DNA of 64,000 nt from an uncultured Acidobacteriota bacterium (GCA_963844845.1 CAWJPW010000003.1:723968-787967), one strand, 5' to 3'; positions 11,724 to 20,942 are shown, numbered from the stretch's first letter. The notes: a model not told the origin generated them from the letters alone. Numbers and translations: made by a program.

Positions 11724-11806
11724 GCGCCCTGAGCAGCCGAGTTTTGGGAAGGCTTCGGCGGGCGGCATGGGAATGGTGGCAGGGGGTGCTGCGGGCACCG
11801 GCTCCC

Positions 11807-11829
11807 GGGCGGCAGCTGAGCTGCCGCCC
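11807..11829 (+). terminator. GC hairpin downstream of the kinase gene
   Basis: gggcggcagc-tga-gctgccgccc, perfect 10-bp arms, 84 nt after the stop. There is no T-run, so terminator function is only plausible. Confidence 0.35.
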
Positions 11830-11841
11830 GTCGGCGCGTTC

Positions 11842-11892
11842 GCGAAGGGGGCAACGGCAGAAGCTGCCTGGCGGCAACGCGGCCCCCTTCGC
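11842..11892 (+). other. nested stem-loop (function unknown)
   Basis: gcgaagggggc (11842-11852) pairs perfectly with gcccccttcgc (11882-11892). It encloses ggcag-aa-gctgcc. Confidence 0.4.
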
Positions 11893-11902
11893 GCCCTGCG
11901 CC

Positions 11903-12060
11903 GAGTCGCCTGCCTGGTTGTTCGGGGCGACTGCTCCGAGCGCCAAGGGCCGAGGATTGCCAACCATGACGTTCACCGCGAGCGCGCCTCGTACGAGGAG
12001 GCGCTTCAGGAGAACGTCATGGATGGCACGTCCCGTCGGAGGATCTGTGCTTTGGGGCGG
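11903..12060 (+). repeat. GC-rich structured repeat, copy 1, block A
   Basis: Aligns by eye over its whole length to the reverse complement of 43857-44013. For example, gagtcgcctgcctggttgttcgggg matches gagtcgcctgcctgcttgtttgggg, and ggaggatctgtgctttggggcgg matches ggaggacctgtgctccggggcgg. It contains the nested hairpin 11968-12018. Confidence 0.8.
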
Positions 12061-12620
12061 CGTGCCCCGGTGGGAGCTCGCCTCTGGCTGCAGGCTTGTG
12101 CCGGCTTCGGCCAGGGGGTCCTTCGACGCGCTCCGGCCCTCCGGGCCTCCGCTTGCTCAGGATGACAGGTAGTGGTTGGAGCGCCGTCTACCGTCGCCGC
12201 AGGCGGCGGCACCGGGTGGGTGGGTGGGACACGGCGTCGACGAGGGGGACGGCGTCGCCTTCGTCGCGAGGGCCGCGAGGTGGCGTTCCCCGTGGTGGTG
12301 CAGCCGCCGCGGGGGGCGCCGCATCGCGGGCCGCAGCAGAAGGCGCCTGAGCCGTCCCGCGGCGGGACGCAGCTTCGCTGCGTTCCGGCCGCCGTAAGGC
12401 GGCAGACGTTTCCATGGCTTTGAGCAACGGTAGGAGTCGCGCCGCCGTCGGTTCTCTGGGTGCGATTTGCGTCCGAATCGAGGAGGGACTGATCTCGTGA
12501 TCGTCCCGACGAAGATGAGGGAGCAAAGCGCGGCCAGAGGGCCGGCGCCGGCGCGACCCATACATTTCAGAGAGAGCGGGTTCTCCCTATCCTTCCAGAG
12601 CATGTTCTCGGGCGTACCGG

Positions 12621-12754
12621 GCCGCCGGGGCACGGCGCCGTGGCGGAGCCACGGCCGGACGCGAGGGAGGTGCCGCGCACACGCTTGCGTGTGCGACGGC
12701 GCCGACCGAGTGGCCGTCAAGGCCGCGAAGCGGCCGGCGTGCTCCGGGGGCTCC
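12621..12754 (+). repeat. GC-rich structured repeat, copy 1, block B
   Basis: Aligns to the reverse complement of 43719-43856. For example, ggcacggcgccgtggcggagccacggccgg matches ggcacggcgccgtggcgcagccacggccgg, and aaggccgcgaagcggccggcgtgc matches aaggccgcgaagcggctggcgtgc. It contains three hairpins. Confidence 0.8.
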
Positions 12755-12866
12755 ATGTCGTCGCGCCGAGGACGGGCTTTCCTGAGGCCATCGACGCCCT
12801 GGTATGCTCTTCGGCCAGGCTCGCAACGGTGATCCGCCGTTCGTCAGGGCCCGGGAGGAGGCGGTC

Positions 12867-13445
12867 ATGAAGCGTTCACTGGGCGCGCGGACGCTGGCGT
12901 TCACCACCCCGGTGTGGGTGATCGGAACCTACGATGATGCCGGACGGGCCAACGTCATGACTGCGTCGTGGGCCGGCATCTGCTGCTCGCGGCCCCCCTG
13001 TGTGGCGGTGTCCCTGCGCCGTGCCACTTACACCTACGGCTGTCTCGTCTCGCGCGGGGCGTTCACCGTGAGCGTCCCGGACACGGACCACGCCGCCGCG
13101 GCCGACTACTTCGGCATCGCCTCGGGCCGCGAGGTGGACAAGCTCACCGCCGCCGGTCTCACTGCTGTTGCCAGCGAGCTGGTTGACGCCCCCTACGTGG
13201 CCGAGCTCCCGCTGGTCCTCGAGTGCCGGCTCAGCCACACCCTCGAGCTGGGGCTGCACACGCTGTTCGTGGGCGAGATCCTCGACGTCAAGGCCGACGA
13301 GACCGTGCTGGGCGACGACGGCCTGCCGGTGCCGGAGCAGGTGAGGCCGTTCAGCTACGCCCCTGAAGCGCGTGCCTACCACGCCCTCGGCGAGCGCCTG
13401 GGACAGGCCTACACCATGGGCCTCGGCATCGCCGGGAAGCGCTGA
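12867..13445 (+). CDS. flavin reductase family protein (FMN-binding split barrel)
   Basis: ATG 12867 preceded by GGGAGGAGG. VIGTYDDAGRANVMTASW, AFTVSVP and DYFGIASGREVDK are typical of the flavin reductase-like domain. Confidence 0.85.
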   Translation: MKRSLGARTLAFTTPVWVIGTYDDAGRANVMTASWAGICCSRPPCVAVSLRRATYTYGCLVSRGAFTVSVPDTDHAAAADYFGIASGREVDKLTAAGLTAVASELVDAPYVAELPLVLECRLSHTLELGLHTLFVGEILDVKADETVLGDDGLPVPEQVRPFSYAPEARAYHALGERLGQAYTMGLGIAGKR

Positions 13446-13460
13446 GCCGAGAATCTCTCG

Positions 13461-14390
13461 TTGACCGCACGGGTTCTCGAAGGGGTGTCGACTCGTCCCG
13501 CGCAGCTCGTCCGCCTGTGGGCGGTCGTAGGAGTGTTGGCGATCTCCTTCTCGGCGGTGTGGGTGCGCCTCGCCGCCGCCCCGCCGGAGACCGCCGCTTT
13601 CCTTCGCATGGCGTATGCCCTGCCGGTGCTGGTGCTGCTGTGGCTGCCGCTCCGGCAACGCGACTCGAGGAGCGGCCGGCAGCGGCTCCTGGCGGTTGCG
13701 GCCGGCGTCGTCCTGGCGGTGGACCTCTCCTTCTGGCACCGCTCCATCGGTCTCATCGGCGCCGGCCTCGCCACGGTGCTGGGGAACACCCAGGTGGTAT
13801 TCGTGGGGGCCGCGGCGTGGCTGCTCCACCGCGAGCGCCCCACACTTCTCGCCCGGGCGCTGGTGCCGGTGGTTTTCGTCGGCGTGGTGCTCATCTCCGG
13901 CCTGGGGATGCCGGACGCCTACGGCGCGGACCCCGTGGTGGGCGCGCTCTTCGGCCTCGTCACAGGTCTCAGCTACTCGGCGTTCCTGCTGGTATTCCGC
14001 GCTTCGAACCGCATGCTGGTGCCGGCGGTGGGTCCGCTCCTGGACGCCACCCTCGGCGCGGCCGCGGGTGCCTTGGTCATCGGCCTCGCCGACGGCGGCC
14101 TGCGCTTCGACCTGGGCTGGCCCAGCCACCTGTGGCTCGTCGCGCTCGCGCTCGGCTCGCAGGTGCTGGGCTGGCTCCTCATCAGTCGCGCTCTTCCCCG
14201 CATGGCGGCCCTCGACAGCTCGGTGATGCTGCTGCTGCAGCCGCTGGCCGCGGTGCTGTGGGGCTTCCTCGTGTTCGCCGAGGCGGTCTCGCCCGTGCAG
14301 TGGGCCGGGGTCGTCCTCGTCCTTGCCGGGGTTGGCCTGCTCTCCCTACGTGGCAGCGTCGAGAAGACGGCCGGCGCCGTGCCCGAATAG
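13461..14390 (+). CDS. DMT-superfamily transporter (EamA family)
   Basis: About 10 TM helices in two EamA-like halves. TTG start as listed; an alternative GTG lies at 13485. Confidence 0.8.
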   Translation: MTARVLEGVSTRPAQLVRLWAVVGVLAISFSAVWVRLAAAPPETAAFLRMAYALPVLVLLWLPLRQRDSRSGRQRLLAVAAGVVLAVDLSFWHRSIGLIGAGLATVLGNTQVVFVGAAAWLLHRERPTLLARALVPVVFVGVVLISGLGMPDAYGADPVVGALFGLVTGLSYSAFLLVFRASNRMLVPAVGPLLDATLGAAAGALVIGLADGGLRFDLGWPSHLWLVALALGSQVLGWLLISRALPRMAALDSSVMLLLQPLAAVLWGFLVFAEAVSPVQWAGVVLVLAGVGLLSLRGSVEKTAGAVPE

Positions 14391-14434
14391 TCACGGCGCT
14401 GGTCTGTTTGCATGATTCGGACATCGCGGCGAGA

Positions 14435-14836
14435 ATGGCCGCCAGCGAAGGAGGGACCGTGGCTGAGAACGCACCCAAGACTCTGGCCGAGCTCGAGGTG
14501 GACGAGCACAACCTGTACCGTGAGGAGACCTTCACCGATCTTAAGGTTGCCTCGATCCGGAGGCTCGAGCCCGTGAAGCCTGACGGCTCGCCCGATGCGG
14601 AGCGTCGCCCGGTGTTCGTGGCCCAGACTCAGCTCATGTCGCAGGTTGGACCGTTGCCGGTGCAGACGATCATCGAGGCGGCCGATCTGCGCGAAGCGCT
14701 CGAGAAGTTCCCCGGGGCCATCAGCCAGGCGGTGGACGAGATGATGGAAGAGGCTCGAGAGCTGCGCCGCCAGGAAGCCTCGCGCATCGTGGTGCCCGAG
14801 GGTGGTTTCGATCCCGGCAAGCTCAGCATGAAGTGA
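14435..14836 (+). CDS. hypothetical soluble protein (133 aa)
   Basis: ATG 14435, in frame with the tail of the 13517 ORF. Normal, charged, non-repetitive composition (LYREETFTDLKVASIRRLEPV...). I recognise no family. Confidence 0.6.
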   Translation: MAASEGGTVAENAPKTLAELEVDEHNLYREETFTDLKVASIRRLEPVKPDGSPDAERRPVFVAQTQLMSQVGPLPVQTIIEAADLREALEKFPGAISQAVDEMMEEARELRRQEASRIVVPEGGFDPGKLSMK

Positions 14837-14881
14837 GCCGTCGCCAGCGGCGCCACGTCGCCACTGGTAATCGAGCGATAT

Positions 14882-15355
14882 TTGGGATTCAATGAGGCCG
14901 TGCATGTGCATGTCGCCGACTTGAAGCCCGCCGCGCCGGCGCGGGTTCACCTGCTCCTGGCTGCGCTGCTGTGGACCACTGTGGGAGTGGTGCTGGCCGC
15001 GGTGGGGGCCCGCTGGACGCTGGGCGCCGAGCCGCGCTTCATGGTGTTGCTCATGGCCGCTGCGGTCGTGGTGGGCGTGCTCAAGGCCATCTTCGTGCTG
15101 GGGCGGGTGGCGGCCCGAATCGCCGAGCGCATCCGGCAGCGCGGCGACGGCCGCTGCCTCGGCGGCTTCCTCTCGCCGCGCTCGTGGCTGCTGGTCGCGG
15201 TCATGTCGGTGGGTGGCCGCCTCCTGCGCAGCAGCGGGCTGCCGCACGCGGTGGTGGGGCTCCTTTACCTCGCCATCGGGGTGGCCCTCGCCGCCGGCTC
15301 GTTGCGGCTCTGGCGGGCCTTCTGGCGCGAGCGAGCGGAGCGGAGTGCCGTGTGA
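14882..15355 (+). CDS. hypothetical membrane protein (4 predicted TM helices)
   Basis: Hydrophobic helices LLLAALLWTTVGVVLAAVG, FMVLLMAAAVVVGVL, WLLVAVMSVGG and VVGLLYLAIGVALAAG. TTG start listed; in-frame GTGs at 14900 and 14906 are alternatives. The stop overlaps the next gene. Confidence 0.55.
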   Translation: MGFNEAVHVHVADLKPAAPARVHLLLAALLWTTVGVVLAAVGARWTLGAEPRFMVLLMAAAVVVGVLKAIFVLGRVAARIAERIRQRGDGRCLGGFLSPRSWLLVAVMSVGGRLLRSSGLPHAVVGLLYLAIGVALAAGSLRLWRAFWRERAERSAV

Positions 15356-16341
15356 GGGAGGCGCCGGGTGTCGTGAAGAACGCAGGCGGCGGCCGGCCGG
15401 CGTGGCTTCTCGACGTGCCGTTGCGCCGCCTCTCCCGGGTCGCGGTGGCGGCTCTCGCCATGATGCTGCTGTCCGCCGTCGCCGCCCTCGACTGGATCAC
15501 CGGAAGCGAGCTGTCATTCTCCATCTTCTACCTCGTACCGGTGTCGCTGGCGGCGGCCTACGGAGGCCGCACCCTCGGTCTCGCGACGGCGCTGCTGTCC
15601 GCCGCCGCCTGGCTCGCCGTGGACGTTGGCGGCGGACAGGCCTACTCCTCCGCGCTGATTCCTGTGTGGAACGTCGGCGTACGCCTCGGCTTCTTCGTGA
15701 TCACCTCCTTGCTCGTGGCCCGGATCCGAACCCACATCGCGGTGGAGGAACGGCTGGCGCGCGCCGACGGCCTCACCGGCGCCATGAACGGCCGGGCGTT
15801 CTACGAGGAGGGCGCGCGGCTGCTCCAGCTCGCCCGGCGCCACGGCCATCCCTTCACCGTGGGCTACCTGGACCTCGACGACTTCAAGCGCGTGAACGAT
15901 CGCCACGGGCATGCCGCAGGCGATCGTCTCCTGCGAGGGATTGCCGCAGGTCTCCGTGACGCGGTGCGCGCACAGGACCTGGTGGCCCGGCTGGGCGGGG
16001 ACGAGTTCGCGCTGCTCCTGCCCGAGACCGCCGAAGCGGGCACCGCAGCGGTGATGGCCAAGCTCGAGGTGCGCCTCCGCCCGGTACTCGCCGCCAGCGG
16101 CTGTGCCGTCGGCTACTCCGCCGGCTTCATCACCTTCACGCTGGCGCCGGCCACCCTCGAAGCCGCCGTCGCCGCCGCTGATAGCCTGATGTACGAGGTC
16201 AAGGCCGGGGGCAAGGGCCGGGTGCTGCAGCGGACGTGGAGCTCCGACGGCGATGGTGAACGATCTCGCGCGCGGGTGGACAGCGTCGCGACGGCCGGGC
16301 CGCCGCAGGCCCATTCCACAACCGCCGCGAAGGAGGAATGA
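15352..16341 (+). CDS. membrane-anchored diguanylate cyclase (GGDEF domain)
   Basis: GTG 15352 forms a GTGA overlap with the upstream stop. N-terminal TM region, then [10 protein letters not shown]...[10 protein letters not shown]...[18 protein letters not shown] (RxxD I-site plus an intact GGDEF motif). Confidence 0.85.
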   Translation: MREAPGVVKNAGGGRPAWLLDVPLRRLSRVAVAALAMMLLSAVAALDWITGSELSFSIFYLVPVSLAAAYGGRTLGLATALLSAAAWLAVDVGGGQAYSSALIPVWNVGVRLGFFVITSLLVARIRTHIAVEERLARADGLTGAMNGRAFYEEGARLLQLARRHGHPFTVGYLDLDDFKRVNDRHGHAAGDRLLRGIAAGLRDAVRAQDLVARLGGDEFALLLPETAEAGTAAVMAKLEVRLRPVLAASGCAVGYSAGFITFTLAPATLEAAVAAADSLMYEVKAGGKGRVLQRTWSSDGDGERSRARVDSVATAGPPQAHSTTAAKEE

Positions 16342-16715
16342 TGAGCTATCAGGCGTACAAGGTTCTGCACCTGCTCGGCGTGGTGTTCCTCTTCATGTCC
16401 CTGGGCGGCATGGCACTGCTGGGGATGAGCGGATCGTTCAAACGGAGTGTGGTGGGGCGCCGATTGGCGGTTGTCAGCCACGGGGTCGCCCTCGCCATCA
16501 TCCTGGTGGCGGGTTTCGGACTCCTCGCGCGGCTCGGCCTCATGGCCGGAGGGATCCCGGGCTGGGCGTGGCTCAAGCTCGGAATCTGGCTGCTCATGGG
16601 GGCTTCGGTAGTGGCCTTGAAACGCTCTGCCGGGCTGGCTCGAGTGCTCTGGTTCGTCCTCCCGCTCCTGGGAGCCCTCGCCGCCTGGCTCGCCGTCGCG
16701 AAGCCGGTGCTGTAG
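16338..16715 (+). CDS. small 4-TM membrane protein (possibly SirB2/YchQ-like)
   Basis: ATGA overlap with the GGDEF gene stop. Four hydrophobic helices. The family assignment is tentative and from memory. Confidence 0.55.
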   Translation: MMSYQAYKVLHLLGVVFLFMSLGGMALLGMSGSFKRSVVGRRLAVVSHGVALAIILVAGFGLLARLGLMAGGIPGWAWLKLGIWLLMGASVVALKRSAGLARVLWFVLPLLGALAAWLAVAKPVL

Positions 16716-16864
16716 GCATACGAAGGTTTCGGTCTCGCGCCGGCGCTCGCGGCCCGGCGCGCAGCGGGTCGCCCCCTGCCCGGCGGCGGTGGCAGTGGAG
16801 AAACGGTCGAACGATGGGAGCTGCTGGGGGGCCGGTCGCGCTATCCTCGTTCGAGGAGATCACC

Positions 16865-18376
16865 ATGCCGGACTTCATCCTCGCCCTCGACCAGGGGACC
16901 ACCAGCTCGAGGGCCATGGTCTTCGACCACGAAGGCCGGGTCTGTGGCGTCGCCCAGAAGGCCTTCCCCCAGATCTTCCCCCGCCCAGGATGGGTGGAGC
17001 ACGACCCGGCCGCCATTTGGGCGACCCAGTCGGGGGTGGCCGCGGAGGCCCTTGCGGCGGCCGGCGTCCGTGCCTCCGACCTCGCCGCGGTGGGTATCAC
17101 CAACCAACGAGAGACCACGGTCGTGTGGGACCGCCGCACCGGGGCGCCAATCCACAACGCCATCGTCTGGCAGGACCGCCGCACGGCCGAGATGGTGGAC
17201 CGTCTCAAGGCGGATGGTCTCGAGGAGCGGTTCCGCGCGCGGACCGGTCTCATGCTCGATGCCTACTTCTCGGGGACCAAGCTGCGCTGGATCCTCGATC
17301 ACGTGGACGGGGCGCGGGCCCGCGCCGAGCGCGGTGAGTTGGCCTTCGGCACGGTGGACAGCTGGCTCGTGTGGAAGCTCACCGATGGTGCGGTGCACGT
17401 CACCGACGCGTCCAACGCTGCGCGCACCCTGCTCTTTGACATCCACCGGCTCGAGTGGGATGAGGAGCTGCTCGAGCTCCTGGCGATCCCGCGCGCCGTG
17501 CTGCCCGAGGTACGCTCGTGCGCCGAGGTGTATGGCGAGACGGCGGGCGGGATCCTCGGCGCCCGGGTGCGCATCGCTGGCATGGCGGGGGACCAACAGG
17601 CCGCGACCTTCGGCCAGGGCTGCTTCGCGCCGGGACAGGGCAAGAACACCTACGGCACCGGCTGTTTCCTGGTCCTCAACACCGGACACGAGGCGGTACC
17701 GTCGCGGCACCGGCTGCTCACGACGGTGGCATGGCAGCTCCCCGGCGGTGTGTGCTACGCCTTGGAGGGGAGCATCTTCATCGCCGGTGCGGTGGTGCAG
17801 TGGCTGCGCGACGGGCTCGGGCTCATCCGTGAGGCCGCCGACGTCGAGGCGCTGGCGCGGTCGGTGCCGGACAACGGCGGCGTGTACATGGTGCCGGCCT
17901 TCGCCGGGCTCGGTGCGCCCTACTGGGACCAGTACGCCCGGGGCACGATCGTGGGCCTCACCCGTGGGAGCAGCGCCGGCCACCTCGCCCGCGCCGCCCT
18001 GGAGGGGATCGCCTTCCAGGTTGCGGACGTGGTCGCCGCCATGGACGGGGACTGCGGTACGCCGCTGAAGGAGCTGCGGGTGGACGGAGGCGCCGCCGCC
18101 AACGACCTGCTCATGCAGCTCCAGGCCGACATCCTCGGCGTGCCGGTGGTGCGGCCGGAGGTCACCGAGACCACCGCCCTTGGCGCGGCGGCGCTGGCCG
18201 GGCTGGCGGTGGGCTTCTGGCGTGACCAGGAGGAGATCTCCGGGCACTGGCGGGAGTCAGCGCGCTTCGAACCGGAGATGGCGGAGCCGCGGCGTCGGGA
18301 GCTCCTGAGTCGCTGGCGGAAGGCGCTCGAGAGGGCACGCGACTGGGAACCGCGAACGGTGGGAGGCAGTCCATGA
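16865..18376 (+). CDS. glpK: glycerol kinase
   Basis: [21 protein letters not shown] at ATG 16865. FGGY kinase motifs throughout ([21 protein letters not shown]). Confidence 0.97.
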   Translation: MPDFILALDQGTTSSRAMVFDHEGRVCGVAQKAFPQIFPRPGWVEHDPAAIWATQSGVAAEALAAAGVRASDLAAVGITNQRETTVVWDRRTGAPIHNAIVWQDRRTAEMVDRLKADGLEERFRARTGLMLDAYFSGTKLRWILDHVDGARARAERGELAFGTVDSWLVWKLTDGAVHVTDASNAARTLLFDIHRLEWDEELLELLAIPRAVLPEVRSCAEVYGETAGGILGARVRIAGMAGDQQAATFGQGCFAPGQGKNTYGTGCFLVLNTGHEAVPSRHRLLTTVAWQLPGGVCYALEGSIFIAGAVVQWLRDGLGLIREAADVEALARSVPDNGGVYMVPAFAGLGAPYWDQYARGTIVGLTRGSSAGHLARAALEGIAFQVADVVAAMDGDCGTPLKELRVDGGAAANDLLMQLQADILGVPVVRPEVTETTALGAAALAGLAVGFWRDQEEISGHWRESARFEPEMAEPRRRELLSRWRKALERARDWEPRTVGGSP

Positions 18377-19938
18377 ACCGGGACGAGATGGTCGCTCGCC
18401 TCGAGGCTCCCGAGTACTGGGACCTCATCGTCATCGGCGGCGGCGCCACCGGCCTCGGTACCGCGGTAGAGTCTGCGGCGCGCGGTTACCGCACGCTGCT
18501 GCTGGAGCAGCACGACTTCGGCAAGGCGACGTCGTCGCGCTCCACCAAGCTGGTGCACGGCGGAGTTCGCTACCTGCAGCAGGGTAACGTGGCCCTGGTG
18601 CTCGAGGCACTCAAAGAGCGTGGCCTCCTGATTCGCAACGCGCCTCATCTGGTGCGCCATCTCCCGTTCATCGTGCCCACGTACGACTGGTGGGAGGGGC
18701 CGTTCTACGGCGTCGGCCTCAAGCTCTACGACATGCTGGCCGGCAAGCTGGGACTGCAGCCGTCGAAGACCCTGTCGCGTGAGGAGACCCTCGAGCGCCT
18801 GCCCACCGTCGAGCCGGAGGGCCTGCGCGGCGGTGTGATCTACTACGACGGCCAGTTCGACGACGCGCGCCTCGCCGTGAACCTGGCCGAGACGGCCGCC
18901 GATCTCGGCGCCGCGGTCGTCAACTACGTGCCGGTGACCGCGCTCAGCAAGCAGGACGGGCTGGTCACCGGGGTGGTGGCCCGCGATCTCGAGAGCGGCA
19001 CGGACTACCGGCTCAACGCCCGGGTGGTGGTGAACGCCACCGGGGTGTTTACGGATGTGGTTCGCCGGATGGACGAGCCGGGGGCGCAGACGATCGTCCA
19101 GCCGAGCCAGGGCGTGCACCTGGTGCTCGACTCGAGCTTCCTGCCCGGCGACAGCGCGGTCATGGTGCCCCACACCGACGACGGCCGCGTGCTGTTCGCG
19201 GTGCCGTGGCACGGCCGCGTGGTGGTGGGCACAACCGACACCCCGGTCGACAGCGTCGAGCTCGAGCCACGACCCCTGGCCGAGGAGATCGACTACCTCC
19301 TGTCCTACGCCGCGCGTTACCTCACCCGCGACCCCGCGCCGTCCGACGTGCTCAGCGTCTTCGCCGGGCTGCGCCCGCTGGTGCGCGCCGGCGAGGGCAA
19401 GGACACGGCGTCGCTCTCCCGCGACCACACGCTCACGATCTCGGCCTCCGGCCTGGTCACCATCACCGGTGGGAAGTGGACGACCTACCGCAAGATGGCT
19501 GAGGATACGGTGGATCAGGCCGCGGTCGTGGCGGGCCTGGACGAGCGCCCATCCACCACCGCCAGCCTGCGCCTGCACGGCTGGCTCAAGGTGCCTGGCG
19601 CCGAGCCGCCCCTCGACGTCTACGGTTCCGACGCACCGGCGGTAGGTGCGTTGCTGCGCGAGCGGCGCGGCTGGGATGCGCCGCTCGAGCCCCGGTTGCC
19701 CTACCTGCGTGGCGAGGCGGTCTGGGCCGCTCGGCACGAAATGGCGCGCACGGTGGAGGACGTGCTGGCGCGGCGCACCCGGGCGCTGCTGCTCGACGCC
19801 CGCGCCAGCATTGCGGCGGCGCCGTCGGTCGCCGAGTTGCTCGCCCGCGAGCTGGGTCGCTCGCGCGGTTGGCAGCGTGACCAGGTTGCGGCCTACACCG
19901 AGCTCGCCAAGGGGTACCTGCTCGAGACCGGGCCCTGA
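18373..19938 (+). CDS. glpD: FAD-dependent glycerol-3-phosphate dehydrogenase
   Basis: ATGA overlap with glp[23 protein letters not shown] (FAD fold) and [15 protein letters not shown]. Confidence 0.93.
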   Translation: MNRDEMVARLEAPEYWDLIVIGGGATGLGTAVESAARGYRTLLLEQHDFGKATSSRSTKLVHGGVRYLQQGNVALVLEALKERGLLIRNAPHLVRHLPFIVPTYDWWEGPFYGVGLKLYDMLAGKLGLQPSKTLSREETLERLPTVEPEGLRGGVIYYDGQFDDARLAVNLAETAADLGAAVVNYVPVTALSKQDGLVTGVVARDLESGTDYRLNARVVVNATGVFTDVVRRMDEPGAQTIVQPSQGVHLVLDSSFLPGDSAVMVPHTDDGRVLFAVPWHGRVVVGTTDTPVDSVELEPRPLAEEIDYLLSYAARYLTRDPAPSDVLSVFAGLRPLVRAGEGKDTASLSRDHTLTISASGLVTITGGKWTTYRKMAEDTVDQAAVVAGLDERPSTTASLRLHGWLKVPGAEPPLDVYGSDAPAVGALLRERRGWDAPLEPRLPYLRGEAVWAARHEMARTVEDVLARRTRALLLDARASIAAAPSVAELLARELGRSRGWQRDQVAAYTELAKGYLLETGP

Positions 19939-19950
19939 TCTGCGGCCCGG

Positions 19951-20154
19951 TCAGCGGCGGGCGCGTGCCAGGGTTTTCCGGATCTTGCGGGCGAGGGTCT
20001 TCATGTCGAAGGGCTTTTTCGGGAAGCTCGACGAGCCGTCGTCGGCTCCCCTCGGGACCATCTCGTCCTCCGAGTACACGGGCATGGGCACCGCCGCCAA
20101 CCCGGGCTGTGTCGGGTGGCGGGCGGCTCGGATGAGGGTTCCATGGTGACCCAC
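19951..20154 (-). pseudogene. possible remnant of a response-regulator receiver domain (C-terminal two thirds only)
   Basis: TLIRAARHPTQPGLAAVPMPVYSEDEMVPRGADDGSSSFPKKPFDMKTLARKIRKTL resembles alpha3-beta4-alpha4-beta5-alpha5 of a receiver (the GADDY..KPF region). No in-frame N-terminal part carrying the acceptor Asp is present. Confidence 0.35.
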
Positions 20155-20247
20155 TCCACGGCCCGCGGACGACCTCGATGGCTGGCTGAAGTGAGCCGGA
20201 ATCGAGGATTGGCGTGCTCTGTTGCTTGGGCGTGTACTTGACGCTTC

Positions 20248-20273
20248 ATACGATCGTTGGATACGGTCGTTGG
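20248..20273 (+). promoter_or_regulatory. tandem 13-mer direct repeat abutting the TetR start (candidate operator)
   Basis: atacgatcgttgg / atacggtcgttgg, with one mismatch. It ends 3 nt before ATG 20277 and contains the palindrome acgatcgt. Confidence 0.4.
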
Positions 20274-20276
20274 ATC

Positions 20277-20942
20277 ATGAAATCAGCTTCCACCTTCAAC
20301 GGTCCCTCGATTCCGGCGCGCGAGCGGCTGCTCGATGCTGCGGAGCAGCTTTTCGCGCGGGCGGGCTACGCGGGGACCTCGGTGCGGGAGATTACGCGGG
20401 AGGCGGGCTGCAACGTGGCGGCGGTGAACTACCACTTCGGCGGCAAGCTGGACCTGTACAGGCAGGTCTTCGTCCGCCGACTGGAGCTGCTGCGCGAGCA
20501 GCGCATCGCCAGCGTCCGCCGGGCTGTGGAAGCGAGCGGAGGGTCCGCCACTGTGGAAGAGGTGCTCCGGGCCTTTGCCAATGCCTTCCTCGAGCCCCTG
20601 GTGGTGGCCTCGGGTGGCAGGCTGCTGGTGCTCCTGCTCGGTCGCGAGCTGCTTGACCCCCAGCTGGAGCCGGACCTCTTCCTGGATCGGATGATCGGTC
20701 CGATCCGCGAGGTGCTCGTGGACGCCCTGGTGGCGACGGAGCCGGCCGTCGGGCGGGGCAGTATGCGAATGTGTGTGGAGTCGTTCGTGGCCCAGCTCAC
20801 CCACGTGCTCCACCTGGTGCGGTTCACCGAGCACCTGAGCGGACGCGCCGGCCCCCAGCCAGATCTCGTCGAGCTCGTCGACCACATCGTCCAGTTCACC
20901 GCCGCGGGGATTCGCGGCTACGCAGAAGGGACCGCTACGTGA
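20277..20942 (+). CDS. TetR/AcrR family transcriptional regulator
   Basis: RERLLDAAEQLFARAGYAGTSVREITREAGCNVAAVNYHFGGK (TetR HTH). ATG 20277. The stop overlaps the start of the efflux operon (TGATG). Confidence 0.9.
   Translation: MKSASTFNGPSIPARERLLDAAEQLFARAGYAGTSVREITREAGCNVAAVNYHFGGKLDLYRQVFVRRLELLREQRIASVRRAVEASGGSATVEEVLRAFANAFLEPLVVASGGRLLVLLLGRELLDPQLEPDLFLDRMIGPIREVLVDALVATEPAVGRGSMRMCVESFVAQLTHVLHLVRFTEHLSGRAGPQPDLVELVDHIVQFTAAGIRGYAEGTAT

Noticed and set aside
11715-11732. 9-nt tandem duplication gcgccctga/gcgccctga, giving two in-frame stops at the end of the kinase gene.
   Set aside because: Real but trivial. It is probably a slippage duplication with no evident function.
12463-12480. 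tRNA T-loop-like string gcgtccgaatcg.
   Set aside because: There are no complementary T-stem arms, acceptor stem or anticodon arm around it. It is not a tRNA or tmRNA.
12157-12756. 199-aa ORF (minus strand) inside the long spacer. It shares the peptide-like string RPWLRHGAVP with ORF 43633..43899.
   Set aside because: The shared string is a by-product of the nucleotide repeat. Similarity holds in all frames and on both strands, and the composition is not protein-like. It is treated as non-coding.
14400-14412. Sigma-54-like tggtctgtttgca upstream of the 133-aa ORF.
   Set aside because: The GG-to-GC spacing is 3 nt too short and the -24 box lacks CAC. It does not fit TGGCACG-N4-TTGC.
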